Origin: an uncultured Gammaproteobacteria bacterium
GTDB taxonomy: Bacteria; Patescibacteriota; Patescibacteriia; Magasanikbacterales; UBA922
DNA: 64,000 nt
Reading direction: 5' to 3'
NCBI GenBank assembly: GCA_964394405.1
Contig: CAYMVY010000003.1
Location: 29,224-93,223, forward strand
The notes under the pieces are model-generated. The model searched no databases. It saw nothing but the letters and a program-made list of their open reading frames with translations, and was not told the DNA's origin. Below, one piece after another: positions 36,818-45,420 of this stretch; within the stretch, counting starts at the first letter, position 1; each line of letters opens with the position of its first letter. The position numbers and the translations under genes were made by a program.

Positions 36818-36836
36818 TTTAGCCCTTAGGTATCTT

Positions 36837-36860
36837 AAAAGCCACCCACGGGTGGCTTTT
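36837..36860 (+). terminator. Rho-independent terminator
   Basis: aaaagccaccc-acg-ggtggctttt. Confidence 0.6.
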
Positions 36861-36929
36861 GCTTATATTATTGGGTTGCAGTATACTTTTGTTGACTATT
36901 CTATCACCTATGCTCCATACCCACCGTAC

Positions 36930-37044
36930 AATTACGTGGTCCGGCTTTACACAAACCGCACACTCTTTTTTCTGAAAGGGCGAGTTATGTGTAACCATTT
37001 TCGCCCTGTTGGGGCGTTTTTTATTTACCTATTAAAACTATATT
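36930..37044 (+). promoter_or_regulatory. Structured leader with terminator/antiterminator alternative before the YhhQ-family transporter. Candidate riboswitch (preQ1 class suspected from gene context only).
   Basis: gggcg(a)..cgccc..ggggcg followed by UUUUUUAUU: the middle segment can pair with either neighbour. Followed by an A-rich tail ..uuaaaacuauauu before the ATG. Confidence 0.3.
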
Positions 37045-37692
37045 ATGATTCAACTTACTGAAAATTCTCTTAAAAAACTTATAATCGCTCTCGCGATCTA
37101 TCTCACTTCATTATTTGCCGCAAATACATTGGGACTGAAACTGATGCCCTTTATCTTTGGCACCAATCTATCGGTTGGGGTGTTTTCTTTTCCCATAGTA
37201 TTTCTTATGACTGATGTAATTGGGGAAGTATATGGCAAAAAAATCGCACAATTATTTGTGCTTGCCGGGTTTGTGAGTACAGCACTCTTTATTCTCTATT
37301 CATTGGTTTCGCTTGCAATGCCCTGGTCTGATAGTGGAATGTGGGTCAAGGAAGGATATAACCAAGTATTTGGTGTTTCAGTCAGGATTGCGGTTGCGTC
37401 TCTGGTTGCGTTTATTATTGCTGAATATCAGGATGTATTTTCGTTTTTCTTTTTTCGAGAAAAATGGGGAACACGATTATTCTGGCTTCGATCAATACTT
37501 TCTAATCTTTGGTCACAGTTGCTTGATACCGCGATTTTTATGGTTGTTGCATTTGCCGGAGTATATTCAATCGGGACACTTATCAGTATCATTATTTCAT
37601 GGTGGCTGTATAAAGTCGCAATGGGAAGTCTATACGTGCCACTTTCATATATTGTTTTGCGGTGGTTGAGAGGAAAGGAGTTTAGTGTTTGA
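37045..37692 (+). CDS. Queuosine-precursor transporter family (YhhQ/DUF165, VUT family) membrane protein
   Basis: 6-TM protein with the FPIVFLMTDVIGEVYGKK motif typical of YhhQ. Confidence 0.65.
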   Translation: MIQLTENSLKKLIIALAIYLTSLFAANTLGLKLMPFIFGTNLSVGVFSFPIVFLMTDVIGEVYGKKIAQLFVLAGFVSTALFILYSLVSLAMPWSDSGMWVKEGYNQVFGVSVRIAVASLVAFIIAEYQDVFSFFFFREKWGTRLFWLRSILSNLWSQLLDTAIFMVVAFAGVYSIGTLISIIISWWLYKVAMGSLYVPLSYIVLRWLRGKEFSV

Positions 37693-38152
37693 GAGTTTCT
37701 ACATCTTTCACCACCTCGTCTACATGAGTTTCTGGTTTTACGTTTTCGTAATGTTTGATGATGATTCCTTCTGGGTTAATCAAAAATGATTCCCGTACAA
37801 TTCCCATATACTTTTTCCCAAAGTTTTCTTTTTCTCGCCAGACTCCGTAGGATTCGATGATTTTTTTGTCAGTATCTGCAAGCAGGGGGAAATTAAGCTG
37901 ATATTTCTCAGCAAATTTTTTGTGTGATGCAGTATCATCTGCGCTTACGCCCAGTACTTGCACGTTTTTTTCTTTGAGTTCATTTAATCGGTCACGAAAA
38001 CTACAAGCCTCAATCGTACACCCCTCAGTATCATCTTTGGGGTAGAAGTAGAGGAGTATATAGTTTCCTGCATATTCTGCGAGACTGTGCGTCGCACCGA
38101 ATTGATCTGGGAGTGTAAAATCGGGTGCTTGCGAATTGAGTGGGGGAGTCAT
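37682..38152 (-). CDS. bcp: Peroxiredoxin (Bcp/PrxQ type thiol peroxidase)
   Basis: APDFTLPDQ..ILLYFYPKDDTEGCTIEACSFRD.. carries the catalytic Cys in the TxxC motif. Confidence 0.85.
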   Translation of the reverse strand: MTPPLNSQAPDFTLPDQFGATHSLAEYAGNYILLYFYPKDDTEGCTIEACSFRDRLNELKEKNVQVLGVSADDTASHKKFAEKYQLNFPLLADTDKKIIESYGVWREKENFGKKYMGIVRESFLINPEGIIIKHYENVKPETHVDEVVKDVETLKH

Positions 38153-38263
38153 AGGGGCAAAGTCGAAAGTTAAAAGTAAAAAGGCAAAAGAGAGATGTGC
38201 CTGTATAGTTTAAGTATAACATCACTTGCGTATCTGTACAGTCTTGTGTTAGCGTATGGCTGT

Positions 38264-38827
38264 ATGAATAATGATATATATACACAAATTTGTGTAGAAT
38301 TAGAAAAACTTCGGATTGCGGAAAATCCGTATTGGAATGCAGGTCCTCAGACTGTTGATTTTCTTATTTCGCAGATACAACATATTCCCCATTGTCGTAT
38401 GCTTGAGATTGGTACGTCAAATGGGTATACCGCACTTCGACTTGTTCCTGCGCTTAGGGAGGTTGGCGGAACTCTCACCACTGTTGAGTCGCATAAAGAA
38501 AGAGGTGAATTAGCCAAACATCATTTTCGTTCTGCTGAAGTAGAGGATATTATTACTCCAGTGCATGGGCATGCGCCAGAAATATGTGATTCACTTACGG
38601 GGAAATTTGATCTCATATTTCTCGATGCTACAAAGTATGAGCATGTCTCCTATGTACAGGAACTCCTTCCGTTTATGAGTGAACATTGCATTATCATTGC
38701 TGATAATATTCATTCACACGAAGAATCTATGAAGCCCTTTGTTGAGTACCTATATTCTGTGCCTGGTTTTGCGATTGAAATATTCCCTATTGAGACTGGA
38801 ATTCTTGTTGCTAGGAAAGAGTTATAG
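38264..38827 (+). CDS. Class I SAM-dependent O-methyltransferase (family 3, CCoAOMT/YrrM-like)
   Basis: MLEIGTSNGYTALRL (motif I), DLIFLDATK, ..IIADNI.. The ATG at 38264 is preferred over the longer ORF start at 38195. Confidence 0.6.
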   Translation: MNNDIYTQICVELEKLRIAENPYWNAGPQTVDFLISQIQHIPHCRMLEIGTSNGYTALRLVPALREVGGTLTTVESHKERGELAKHHFRSAEVEDIITPVHGHAPEICDSLTGKFDLIFLDATKYEHVSYVQELLPFMSEHCIIIADNIHSHEESMKPFVEYLYSVPGFAIEIFPIETGILVARKEL

Positions 38828-38843
38828 GTCTTAATATTTCCTG

Positions 38844-38872
38844 TTGACAGGATAGATTAATTTGAGTATACT
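38844..38872 (+). promoter_or_regulatory. Promoter TTGACA-17-TATACT for the tRNA-Val/tRNA-Thr pair
   Basis: ttgacaggatagattaatttgagtatact. Confidence 0.45.
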
Positions 38873-38905
38873 GCTCTCCGCATATTAACTACCTTTTACA
38901 ACCAT

Positions 38906-38982
38906 GCGCGCCTAGCTCAGTTGGTTAGAGCATCTCGTTTACACCGAGAGGGTCAGGGGTTCGAATCCCTTGGCGCGCACCA
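38906..38982 (+). tRNA. tRNA-Val (anticodon UAC), CCA encoded
   Basis: Acceptor GCGCGCC/GGCGCGC, anticodon stem UCUCG/CGAGA with loop UUUACAC, T-arm AGGGG-UUCGAAU-CCCUU, ACCA. Confidence 0.85.
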
Positions 38983-39018
38983 GTATAGAGACGCTTTCTA
39001 AAGCGTTTTTACATTCAC

Positions 39019-39091
39019 GCCGTCATAGCTCAGTTGGTAGAGCGCGTCCATGGTAAGGACGAGGTCTCCAGTTCAATCCTGGATGACGGCT
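39019..39091 (+). tRNA. tRNA-Thr (anticodon GGU)
   Basis: Acceptor GCCGUCA/UGACGGC, anticodon stem CGUCC/GGACG with loop AUGGUAA, T-arm UCCAG-UUCAAUC-CUGGA. Confidence 0.85.
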
Positions 39092-39103
39092 CAAAAAAAT
39101 AAT

Positions 39104-39135
39104 CTGCCCGTAAGGGCGGGTTATTTTTTTGTTCG
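39104..39135 (+). terminator. Weak terminator hairpin with U-run after tRNA-Thr(GGU)
   Basis: ctgcccg-taag-ggcggg followed by ttattttttt. Confidence 0.45.
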
Positions 39136-39264
39136 TGAACAGTAGGATTGAACTGAGGGAAGGGTGAAACCGTAAGGTTTCACTGGGCTGAGGAAGAGTA
39201 TTGAGAAACCCGAAGGTTTCTCAAAGCGCACCCCGCCCTTCGCGAAGAGCGGGGGAGCAGTGAA

Positions 39265-39290
39265 ATCCCTGGATGACGGCTCAAAAAAAT
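39265..39290 (+). repeat. Direct repeat of the 3' end of tRNA-Thr(GGU) plus A-run, ~190 bp downstream of the gene
   Basis: aatccctggatgacggctcaaaaaaat versus the original aatcctggatgacggctcaaaaaaat at 39074-39100. It is followed by a second taag-loop terminator, tctccc-taagtt-gggaga followed by attttta. Confidence 0.5.
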
Positions 39291-39380
39291 TCTCCCTAAG
39301 TTGGGAGAATTTTTATTTGCCTAAATTTTATTTATAGGATATTGTGAGTGTAGTGTATTACATTTTTAACCTGAAGTATT

Positions 39381-40388
39381 ATGAAGCTTAATTCAAAAGT
39401 TTTATATGTGATTGGTGTTTTATTATTTGTAGGCACTTCTTTGATTCCACGTTTTTCGAATGCTGAATCTTGTCCTTTGGCGGTAAACAAACCGTATAAG
39501 ATTAAAAATAGTCCGTCAGTTTTTTATGTTTCTCCTGACTGCACTAAGCGTCCAATTAGAGACCCTGAAACATATTTTTCATATTTTTCCTCATGGGCTG
39601 AAGTGAGGGTTGTCACAGAGTCCCAGTTGTCATCTATTAGAAATGATGTGCTTGGTTTTTTACCATGGGGACCAAAAAAGGTATTTCAAGAAGGTTCTAT
39701 AATTAAGTCACCTACAGAGGATAAAGTTTTTATTGTTCTCAATCAAAAATTGCATGCATTTGAAACTGAACAGGATTTTCTTGCCAGTGGCTACAAATGG
39801 GAATGGGTAGAAGATGTTACTCCTGAGGTTATTCGCAACTATTCTCGTGGAAATGATTTTAGCACGATTAGTATTCCAGATGGCTTGGTTTTCAAGTTTG
39901 AACATTCTCCAAGTGTGTATTACGTGCGCGAGGTTGATGGTGGTATTGATCTAAAATATATTAGATCAATGACTGAATTGAAAGGCCTGTGGTACCGCTC
40001 TGATCGAATTGCGACATTTTCGGACAATCGTTATCTTTTGGAGGGAGCTGCTCGGGATGCAAAGCGTCTGTCTGACATTAAACAGATTCAGATTGCTCTT
40101 GAACTCTATTATACTGATCATAATATGTATCCAGTCATGTCAGTTCAGCTTGGTAGCAATGATGCGCGATGTCTGAATGGTGATGGATTCAAGCGTGAGC
40201 CGTATGGGGAGGATTGTAGAAATCCGTATATGGGTTGGATACCCAAAGGACCATTAACGAATGAATATTATTATTACACGAGTAGCCTTCCTGGCTCCAC
40301 CTATACGATTTCTGTAGTTCTTGAAAATGGTTCAGAGGGGCTTGCGGCAGGAACTATTATTGCAAGTCCATCAGGGATTACGCAGTAG
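39381..40388 (+). CDS. Secreted protein with a C-terminal type-IV-pilin/pseudopilin-like (GspG-like) globular domain
   Basis: Signal peptide MKLNSKVLYVIGVLLFVGTSLIPRFSNA. Internal duplicated SPSV(F/Y)YV module. C-terminal ..DIKQIQIALELYYTDHNMYPV.. resembles the pseudopilin G core. Confidence 0.5.
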   Translation: MKLNSKVLYVIGVLLFVGTSLIPRFSNAESCPLAVNKPYKIKNSPSVFYVSPDCTKRPIRDPETYFSYFSSWAEVRVVTESQLSSIRNDVLGFLPWGPKKVFQEGSIIKSPTEDKVFIVLNQKLHAFETEQDFLASGYKWEWVEDVTPEVIRNYSRGNDFSTISIPDGLVFKFEHSPSVYYVREVDGGIDLKYIRSMTELKGLWYRSDRIATFSDNRYLLEGAARDAKRLSDIKQIQIALELYYTDHNMYPVMSVQLGSNDARCLNGDGFKREPYGEDCRNPYMGWIPKGPLTNEYYYYTSSLPGSTYTISVVLENGSEGLAAGTIIASPSGITQ

Positions 40389-40432
40389 AATGGCGGTATT
40401 AAGTATTAAAATTATCTTAGCAAAAACAGCCT

Positions 40433-40969
40433 TTAGGGCTGTTTTTCTTGAGTGGTTGTATGATTCCCATTTTTTTTCTTGAGGTTTTGCAATTCTTTCA
40501 TAATTTCCTGCATTTGTAATTCTACTTTTCCGATAATTCGCGCAGCGCGTTTGACCTCATCTTCTTGTTTATCATCATCATCCTGGATCTCATCAATATC
40601 TTTGGAAATATCTTTGACGTTTCCCTCAATATCCTCGACATCTTCCTGGATCTCATCAATATCTTTGGAAATATCTTTGACGTTTCCTTCGATGTCTTCG
40701 ATATCTTCTTGAAGTTCGTCGACGTCTTTTCCGACTTCTTCGATACTGGCACTGGTTTTGTTTATACTCATCTGGATGAAGATAGAGAGATAAATAGCTT
40801 CAAGAGACACTGCGGTGGTAAGTATGATAAGAATTTCTTCGGTTGATAATCCGAATAGTGACAAAAAGAAAACCCCTATAAATAAAATAGTATGCACAAT
40901 AATCGAACTTGGTGTACCAATCCATTGTGTGAATTTGTGAGCAACGGTGGTGGTGACCTTTTTTGACAT
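40433..40969 (-). CDS. DUF1003-family two-TM membrane protein with a duplicated acidic repeat
   Basis: Two TM helices near the N-terminus. QEDIEDIEGNVKDISKDIDEI duplicated. Confidence 0.55.
   Translation of the reverse strand: MSKKVTTTVAHKFTQWIGTPSSIIVHTILFIGVFFLSLFGLSTEEILIILTTAVSLEAIYLSIFIQMSINKTSASIEEVGKDVDELQEDIEDIEGNVKDISKDIDEIQEDVEDIEGNVKDISKDIDEIQDDDDKQEDEVKRAARIIGKVELQMQEIMKELQNLKKKNGNHTTTQEKQP
40581..40706. repeat. Perfect-to-near-perfect 2 x 63-bp tandem direct repeat inside the DUF1003 gene
   Basis: tcctggatctcatcaatatctttggaaatatctttgacgtttcc.. repeated twice, with 5 mismatches in the last 20 nt. Confidence 0.8.
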
Positions 40970-41072
40970 ACTATGATGATAAGAATACGGACACTAGTAT
41001 AGCATCTTTTTTCTTTATTTACAATCCTATAAGCCATGTTATACTAAGTATATATTTTTTAACTTAGTTTGT

Positions 41073-41486
41073 ATGTTTTATTATATATTACCGATTCTTG
41101 CTTCAGTACTATTTGCACAAATAGTTGGGATGTTGTGGTATTCACGGTTTTTGTTTGGTAAGGTGTGGATGAAGGCAGCGGGTATAACCCAGGAAAAAAT
41201 GGAAGTAGGTAAGAAAAACATGGGGGTATATATGGCCGGGGCTGCGCTGGGGACAGTGATTACAGCGATGGTACTACTTCTTACTATTCGAATGTTCGGG
41301 GAACCTAGTATGGCGCTTGGGATCAAAGTTGGCGCATTGGTTTGGCTCGGATATGTTATGGTTACCCAGTTTGATACCGTGCTCTGGGATGGGAAGTCTT
41401 TTACCTATTTTGCCATCAATACCCTACATTCATTGGTGCGTTTTGTGGGTATGGCTGCTATTCTTGGCGCATGGGCTGCATCCTAG
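41073..41486 (+). CDS. DUF1761-family small membrane protein
   Basis: VGMLWYSRFLFGKVWM motif and 4 predicted TM segments. Confidence 0.5.
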   Translation: MFYYILPILASVLFAQIVGMLWYSRFLFGKVWMKAAGITQEKMEVGKKNMGVYMAGAALGTVITAMVLLLTIRMFGEPSMALGIKVGALVWLGYVMVTQFDTVLWDGKSFTYFAINTLHSLVRFVGMAAILGAWAAS

Positions 41487-41496
41487 AGGGTTAAAC

Positions 41497-41525
41497 TTGA
41501 CAAATTTCGTTTATCCCTGTACTAT
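41497..41525 (+). promoter_or_regulatory. Promoter TTGACA-17-TACTAT for rpmG
   Basis: ttgacaaatttcgtttatccctgtactat. Confidence 0.45.
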
Positions 41526-41553
41526 TTGGGTACTTCATTTTTAGTTGAGTATT

Positions 41554-41721
41554 ATGGCATCCAAGTCAAAAGAACGACAAAATAAAATCAAACTTTCATG
41601 TACGGAGTGTAAAACAGTGACTTATTTTAAGAATAAGAATAAAGTTCTTAAAATACGACTCGAACTTTCAAAGTTTTGTAAGCACTGTAAAAAGCATACT
41701 CCACACAAAGAAACCAAATAA
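41554..41721 (+). CDS. rpmG: 50S ribosomal protein L33 (55 aa). Absent from the supplied ORF track because it is under 60 aa.
   Basis: [55 protein letters not shown]: two CxxC pairs and the L33 pattern. A hairpin-U terminator follows. Confidence 0.8.
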   Translation: MASKSKERQNKIKLSCTECKTVTYFKNKNKVLKIRLELSKFCKHCKKHTPHKETK

Positions 41722-41786
41722 GATTTTAAGATTTTTAAAACAGCACCATGAACGGAGCTGTTTTAAAATAATATATCCTTTTAATT

Positions 41787-42644
41787 ATGAAATATTATTT
41801 TACCGCATTGTATAAAAGTTTGACTTCACCTAGTTGGCTTGCGTCGCAATCCAAGGCTACGACCAGAGCAGGAAAATTTTTTGTCATGGTGATGCTCGTA
41901 TTATCGCTCGGAGTCGGTGCTCATATTATCTATCGACAGATTCCGTCGATTGTACCCATTGTTGAACAGGGGATTACTGAACATGTGCCAGACTTCACTG
42001 CGAAGCTCACTGACGGAGAGCTCGTAGTGTCTGACCTTACTCAGCCGTATATTAATTATTTTACAGATGAGCAGAATAAAGAGTTTGTGATCGTGATTGA
42101 CACAGTGAGTACGGGTACTCTTGCGTTACCATCATTTTTTGTTTCTTCTACTGAAGGTGGGGTACTCATCACTCGAGATCGTATTGTTTCTCAAAATCTA
42201 GATGGTCAGGCAGATATTAATGAGGCATTTGATCAGGTTCCGAACCTTACCTTTTCACGCGCGCAGATTATTCAGACTTTGGAGGATATTGGGGGCAGAT
42301 ATCGACCTGCAATATTTGCTGTATTTGTGGCACTTTCATTTGCATTTTGGGGATTAGGGTTGTTGGTATTTATACTTTTGTTTTCAACTATTGCATTTGC
42401 TATTTATTCAGCTATTAGCAAGCAAGATAAGAAAGTGAGATATTCTTGGAAAGAAATATTTACTATGTCTCTCTTTGCATTCGGACTTCCCAAATTGATT
42501 GTTACTCTGGTGATGTTTGGATTTTATACCCCACTTCACTATGTGGTCACAGGAACAATGACCCTTGTCCTTATACGTACACTCAGTATTCCAAAGCAAG
42601 GTTCTGAACAGCAGAATGGTTCAGAACCACCGTTTACGGCTTAG
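41787..42644 (+). CDS. Hypothetical polytopic membrane protein (DUF1189-like, tentative)
   Basis: N-terminal TM, soluble ~120-aa segment, then 3-4 TM helices. No catalytic motif recognised. Confidence 0.4.
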   Translation: MKYYFTALYKSLTSPSWLASQSKATTRAGKFFVMVMLVLSLGVGAHIIYRQIPSIVPIVEQGITEHVPDFTAKLTDGELVVSDLTQPYINYFTDEQNKEFVIVIDTVSTGTLALPSFFVSSTEGGVLITRDRIVSQNLDGQADINEAFDQVPNLTFSRAQIIQTLEDIGGRYRPAIFAVFVALSFAFWGLGLLVFILLFSTIAFAIYSAISKQDKKVRYSWKEIFTMSLFAFGLPKLIVTLVMFGFYTPLHYVVTGTMTLVLIRTLSIPKQGSEQQNGSEPPFTA

Positions 42645-42747
42645 TTTTCCACACTTGAAGAGATAGTGCGTTTCGGTTATACTCTTTATTGGATTTTATA
42701 AAGAGCATGTTTAGTGCTCTTTGATCTATTTTGACCACTTACGAAGT

Positions 42748-43353
42748 ATGCTTACACTGTATGGATCTGCGAATTCAAGCGCTGGGAGATGTATCTGGTT
42801 GCTCGAAGAATTGAATGTGCCTTACGAACAAAAAGAGGTTGATATGAAAGCCAAGGAGCATAAGTCTCCCTGGTTTTTGAAACTTAATCCAAACGGAAAA
42901 GTTCCGGTGTTGGTTGATGATGATTTTGTCTTGTGGGAATCCTACGCGATCAATGAATATCTTGCTGCTAAGTATAAACCAGGATTGCTGGGACGAACTC
43001 CAGAAGAGAAAGCAAAAATTTCACAATGGAGCTGGTGGAGCGCGCTTCATGTACAAAAATATTTTGATGTGATTTTGTTGTTTGTGTTGTATAACGTTGG
43101 GACCAAAGAAGAAGCAATCGCTGCAGGAGAGGGTGTAAAGAAATACCTTGCGATTTTTGAAGCGTATATTCTCGATAAGGATTATGTGGTAGGAAAAGAG
43201 TTTACACTTGCTGATTTGAATCTTGGCTCAGTCATTAATATTGGGGTTGGACTCAATTATGATTTTACTCCATATCCTGCGATTATGTCATGGCTTGGAA
43301 GAATGAAAACAAGACCCGCGATGATTTCACTTCTTGCGAAATTAGGACGATAA
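42748..43353 (+). CDS. Glutathione S-transferase-fold protein
   Basis: N-terminal thioredoxin-like GST domain (LTLYGSANSSAGRCIWLLEELNVPYE..VPVLVDDDFVLWESYAINEYL) and alpha-helical C-domain. Confidence 0.7.
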   Translation: MLTLYGSANSSAGRCIWLLEELNVPYEQKEVDMKAKEHKSPWFLKLNPNGKVPVLVDDDFVLWESYAINEYLAAKYKPGLLGRTPEEKAKISQWSWWSALHVQKYFDVILLFVLYNVGTKEEAIAAGEGVKKYLAIFEAYILDKDYVVGKEFTLADLNLGSVINIGVGLNYDFTPYPAIMSWLGRMKTRPAMISLLAKLGR

Positions 43354-43524
43354 TGTTAATACAATTACGTTAGGTACTTTTTGCAACCAAAAAGTACCAA
43401 AAACTTTCGGGGGCGACAAAACTCGCCCCTTTAAGTTTATATAGTTATTTTGCATTTTTAGCTCGAACAGTTGTCGCCCCCGAACCCCCTTGGTAGGCTT
43501 TGTAGCCTGAGTAACCCTTTTTAC

Positions 43525-43553
43525 TTGACATTCTTATAATTTTCTTGTATATT
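43525..43553 (+). promoter_or_regulatory. Promoter TTGACA-17-TATATT for typA
   Basis: ttgacattcttataattttcttgtatatt. Confidence 0.5.
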
Positions 43554-43605
43554 ATCGACATATTTCCGCCTTGAGCGTAACAGCTCGGGGCGTTTTAAAT
43601 AAACT

Positions 43606-45393
43606 ATGGAAATTAGAAATATTGCAATTATCGCCCACGTAGACCACGGCAAGACCACCTTGACCGATGCTTTGCTTCGCGAATGTGGGATGATTACTGA
43701 AGAGGGACAGACTATGGACTCAAACACGCTTGAAAAAGAGCGTGGTATTACGATTTATGCAAAAAACACTTCTTTGTTCTATAAGGGAACCAAAGTGAAT
43801 ATCGTCGACACTCCAGGTCACGCGGACTTCGGATCTGAAGTAGAACGCGTACTTCGCTCGATTGATTCAGTGTTATTGGTTGTTGATGCGCAGGAAGGTC
43901 CTATGCCTCAGACCAAATTTGTATTGAAAAAATCTCTTGAGATTGGACTCAAGCCAATTGTGGTATTGAATAAAATCGATAAGCCGGCTGCTAGACCTCA
44001 GGAAGCGCATGATATGGTACTTGAATTATTCATGGATCTTGGAGCAAATGATGAACAGCTCAATTTTACGACCGTATATGCAATCGGCAAACTTGGCGTT
44101 GCAAAAAAGAATTTGACTGATGAATCAAAAAATCTCGAACCATTACTCGATACTATTTTGGAAAAAGTTCCAGCTGCTCCGCATGATATTGAAAAACCAC
44201 TTCGCATGCAACCATTCAATCTTGCATACGATAATTATTTGGGACGTCTTGCAGTAGGGCGTATTTATGAAGGAGTAGTGAAACAGGGTGATAAGGTATT
44301 TATTAAAAATCAGGACGGAACGACTCGAACAGGAAATATTACCAAAATTCAAAATTTTAAAGGCTTTGCTCGTGAAGAAGTTCAAACTGCTGAAGCAGGG
44401 GATATTGTGATGATTGCAGGAATTCCAGATATTTATATTGGTGAAACTATTTGTGCTAGCGCAGATCAGGAAGCATTGCCTGCGATCAAGGTTGACGATC
44501 CGACTATTTCTATGGATTTTTTGGTCAACAATTCTCCGTTTGCAGGAAAAGAAGGAACCTATGTTACGAGTAGACAGATTCGTGAGAGACTTGAAAAAGA
44601 ACTTGAAGTAAACGTAGGTCTTCATGTTGATTTTACCAATTCAGATCGATTCACTGTCTATGGTCGTGGAGAAATGCATATTGCAATTTTACTTGAAAAC
44701 ATGCGCCGTGAAGGATTCGAACTCCAGGTGTCTCAGCCAAAAGTAATTATCAAAGAAGAAAATGGAGAAAAAGTAGAACCATTTGAAGAAGTCACGATTG
44801 ATGTACCTGATGTGTACGTTGGAACGATTATTGAAAAAATGAGTAAACGAAAAGGAACGATGACGAATATGATGCCTGAGGGTGGACATACTCGTATTAT
44901 TTTTGAAATTCCGACTCGCGGACTTCTTGGTTATCGTGGAGAATTTGTGATGGATACTCGTGGAGAGGGAATCATGGCATCACGAGTGACGGGATTCCGA
45001 CCTCATGTGGGTGTGATTGAAAAGCGAGAAGTGGGAAGTATGGTTTCTATGCTTACTGGAAAAGCACTTGGGTATGCTCTCTGGAATCTCCAGGATCGAG
45101 GTACACTCTATATCGGACCAAATATTGAAATCTACGAAGGAATGGTTATTGGAAATGTTTCCAAAGGTCAAGATATGGCAGTAAATGCAATCAAAGGAAA
45201 GAAACTTACGAACATGCGCGCAAGCGGAAGTGACGATGCGATTATCCTCACCCCTCCATTTGAAATAACCCTTGAGCGTGGTATGGAAATGATGAATGAT
45301 GATGAATATCTCGAAATTACTCCACAAAGTATTAGACTTCGTAAGAAATATTTGACTGAGGTTGAGCGGAATAAGGCGAAAAGATCTAGCTGA
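43606..45393 (+). CDS. typA: Translational GTPase TypA/BipA
   Basis: IRNIAIIAHVDHGKTTL, DTPGHADF, NKIDK G-motifs. 595 aa with the BipA-specific C-terminal domain. Confidence 0.95.
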   Translation: MEIRNIAIIAHVDHGKTTLTDALLRECGMITEEGQTMDSNTLEKERGITIYAKNTSLFYKGTKVNIVDTPGHADFGSEVERVLRSIDSVLLVVDAQEGPMPQTKFVLKKSLEIGLKPIVVLNKIDKPAARPQEAHDMVLELFMDLGANDEQLNFTTVYAIGKLGVAKKNLTDESKNLEPLLDTILEKVPAAPHDIEKPLRMQPFNLAYDNYLGRLAVGRIYEGVVKQGDKVFIKNQDGTTRTGNITKIQNFKGFAREEVQTAEAGDIVMIAGIPDIYIGETICASADQEALPAIKVDDPTISMDFLVNNSPFAGKEGTYVTSRQIRERLEKELEVNVGLHVDFTNSDRFTVYGRGEMHIAILLENMRREGFELQVSQPKVIIKEENGEKVEPFEEVTIDVPDVYVGTIIEKMSKRKGTMTNMMPEGGHTRIIFEIPTRGLLGYRGEFVMDTRGEGIMASRVTGFRPHVGVIEKREVGSMVSMLTGKALGYALWNLQDRGTLYIGPNIEIYEGMVIGNVSKGQDMAVNAIKGKKLTNMRASGSDDAIILTPPFEITLERGMEMMNDDEYLEITPQSIRLRKKYLTEVERNKAKRSS

Positions 45394-45420
45394 TTAGTTT
45401 ACTGGTTTTCTAATCGGTTA

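Noticed and set aside
40581-40706. Possible CRISPR array, considered because of the tandem 63-bp repeat
   Set aside because: Only two units, no spacers, and it lies in-frame inside a protein-coding gene. No cas genes are present in the window.
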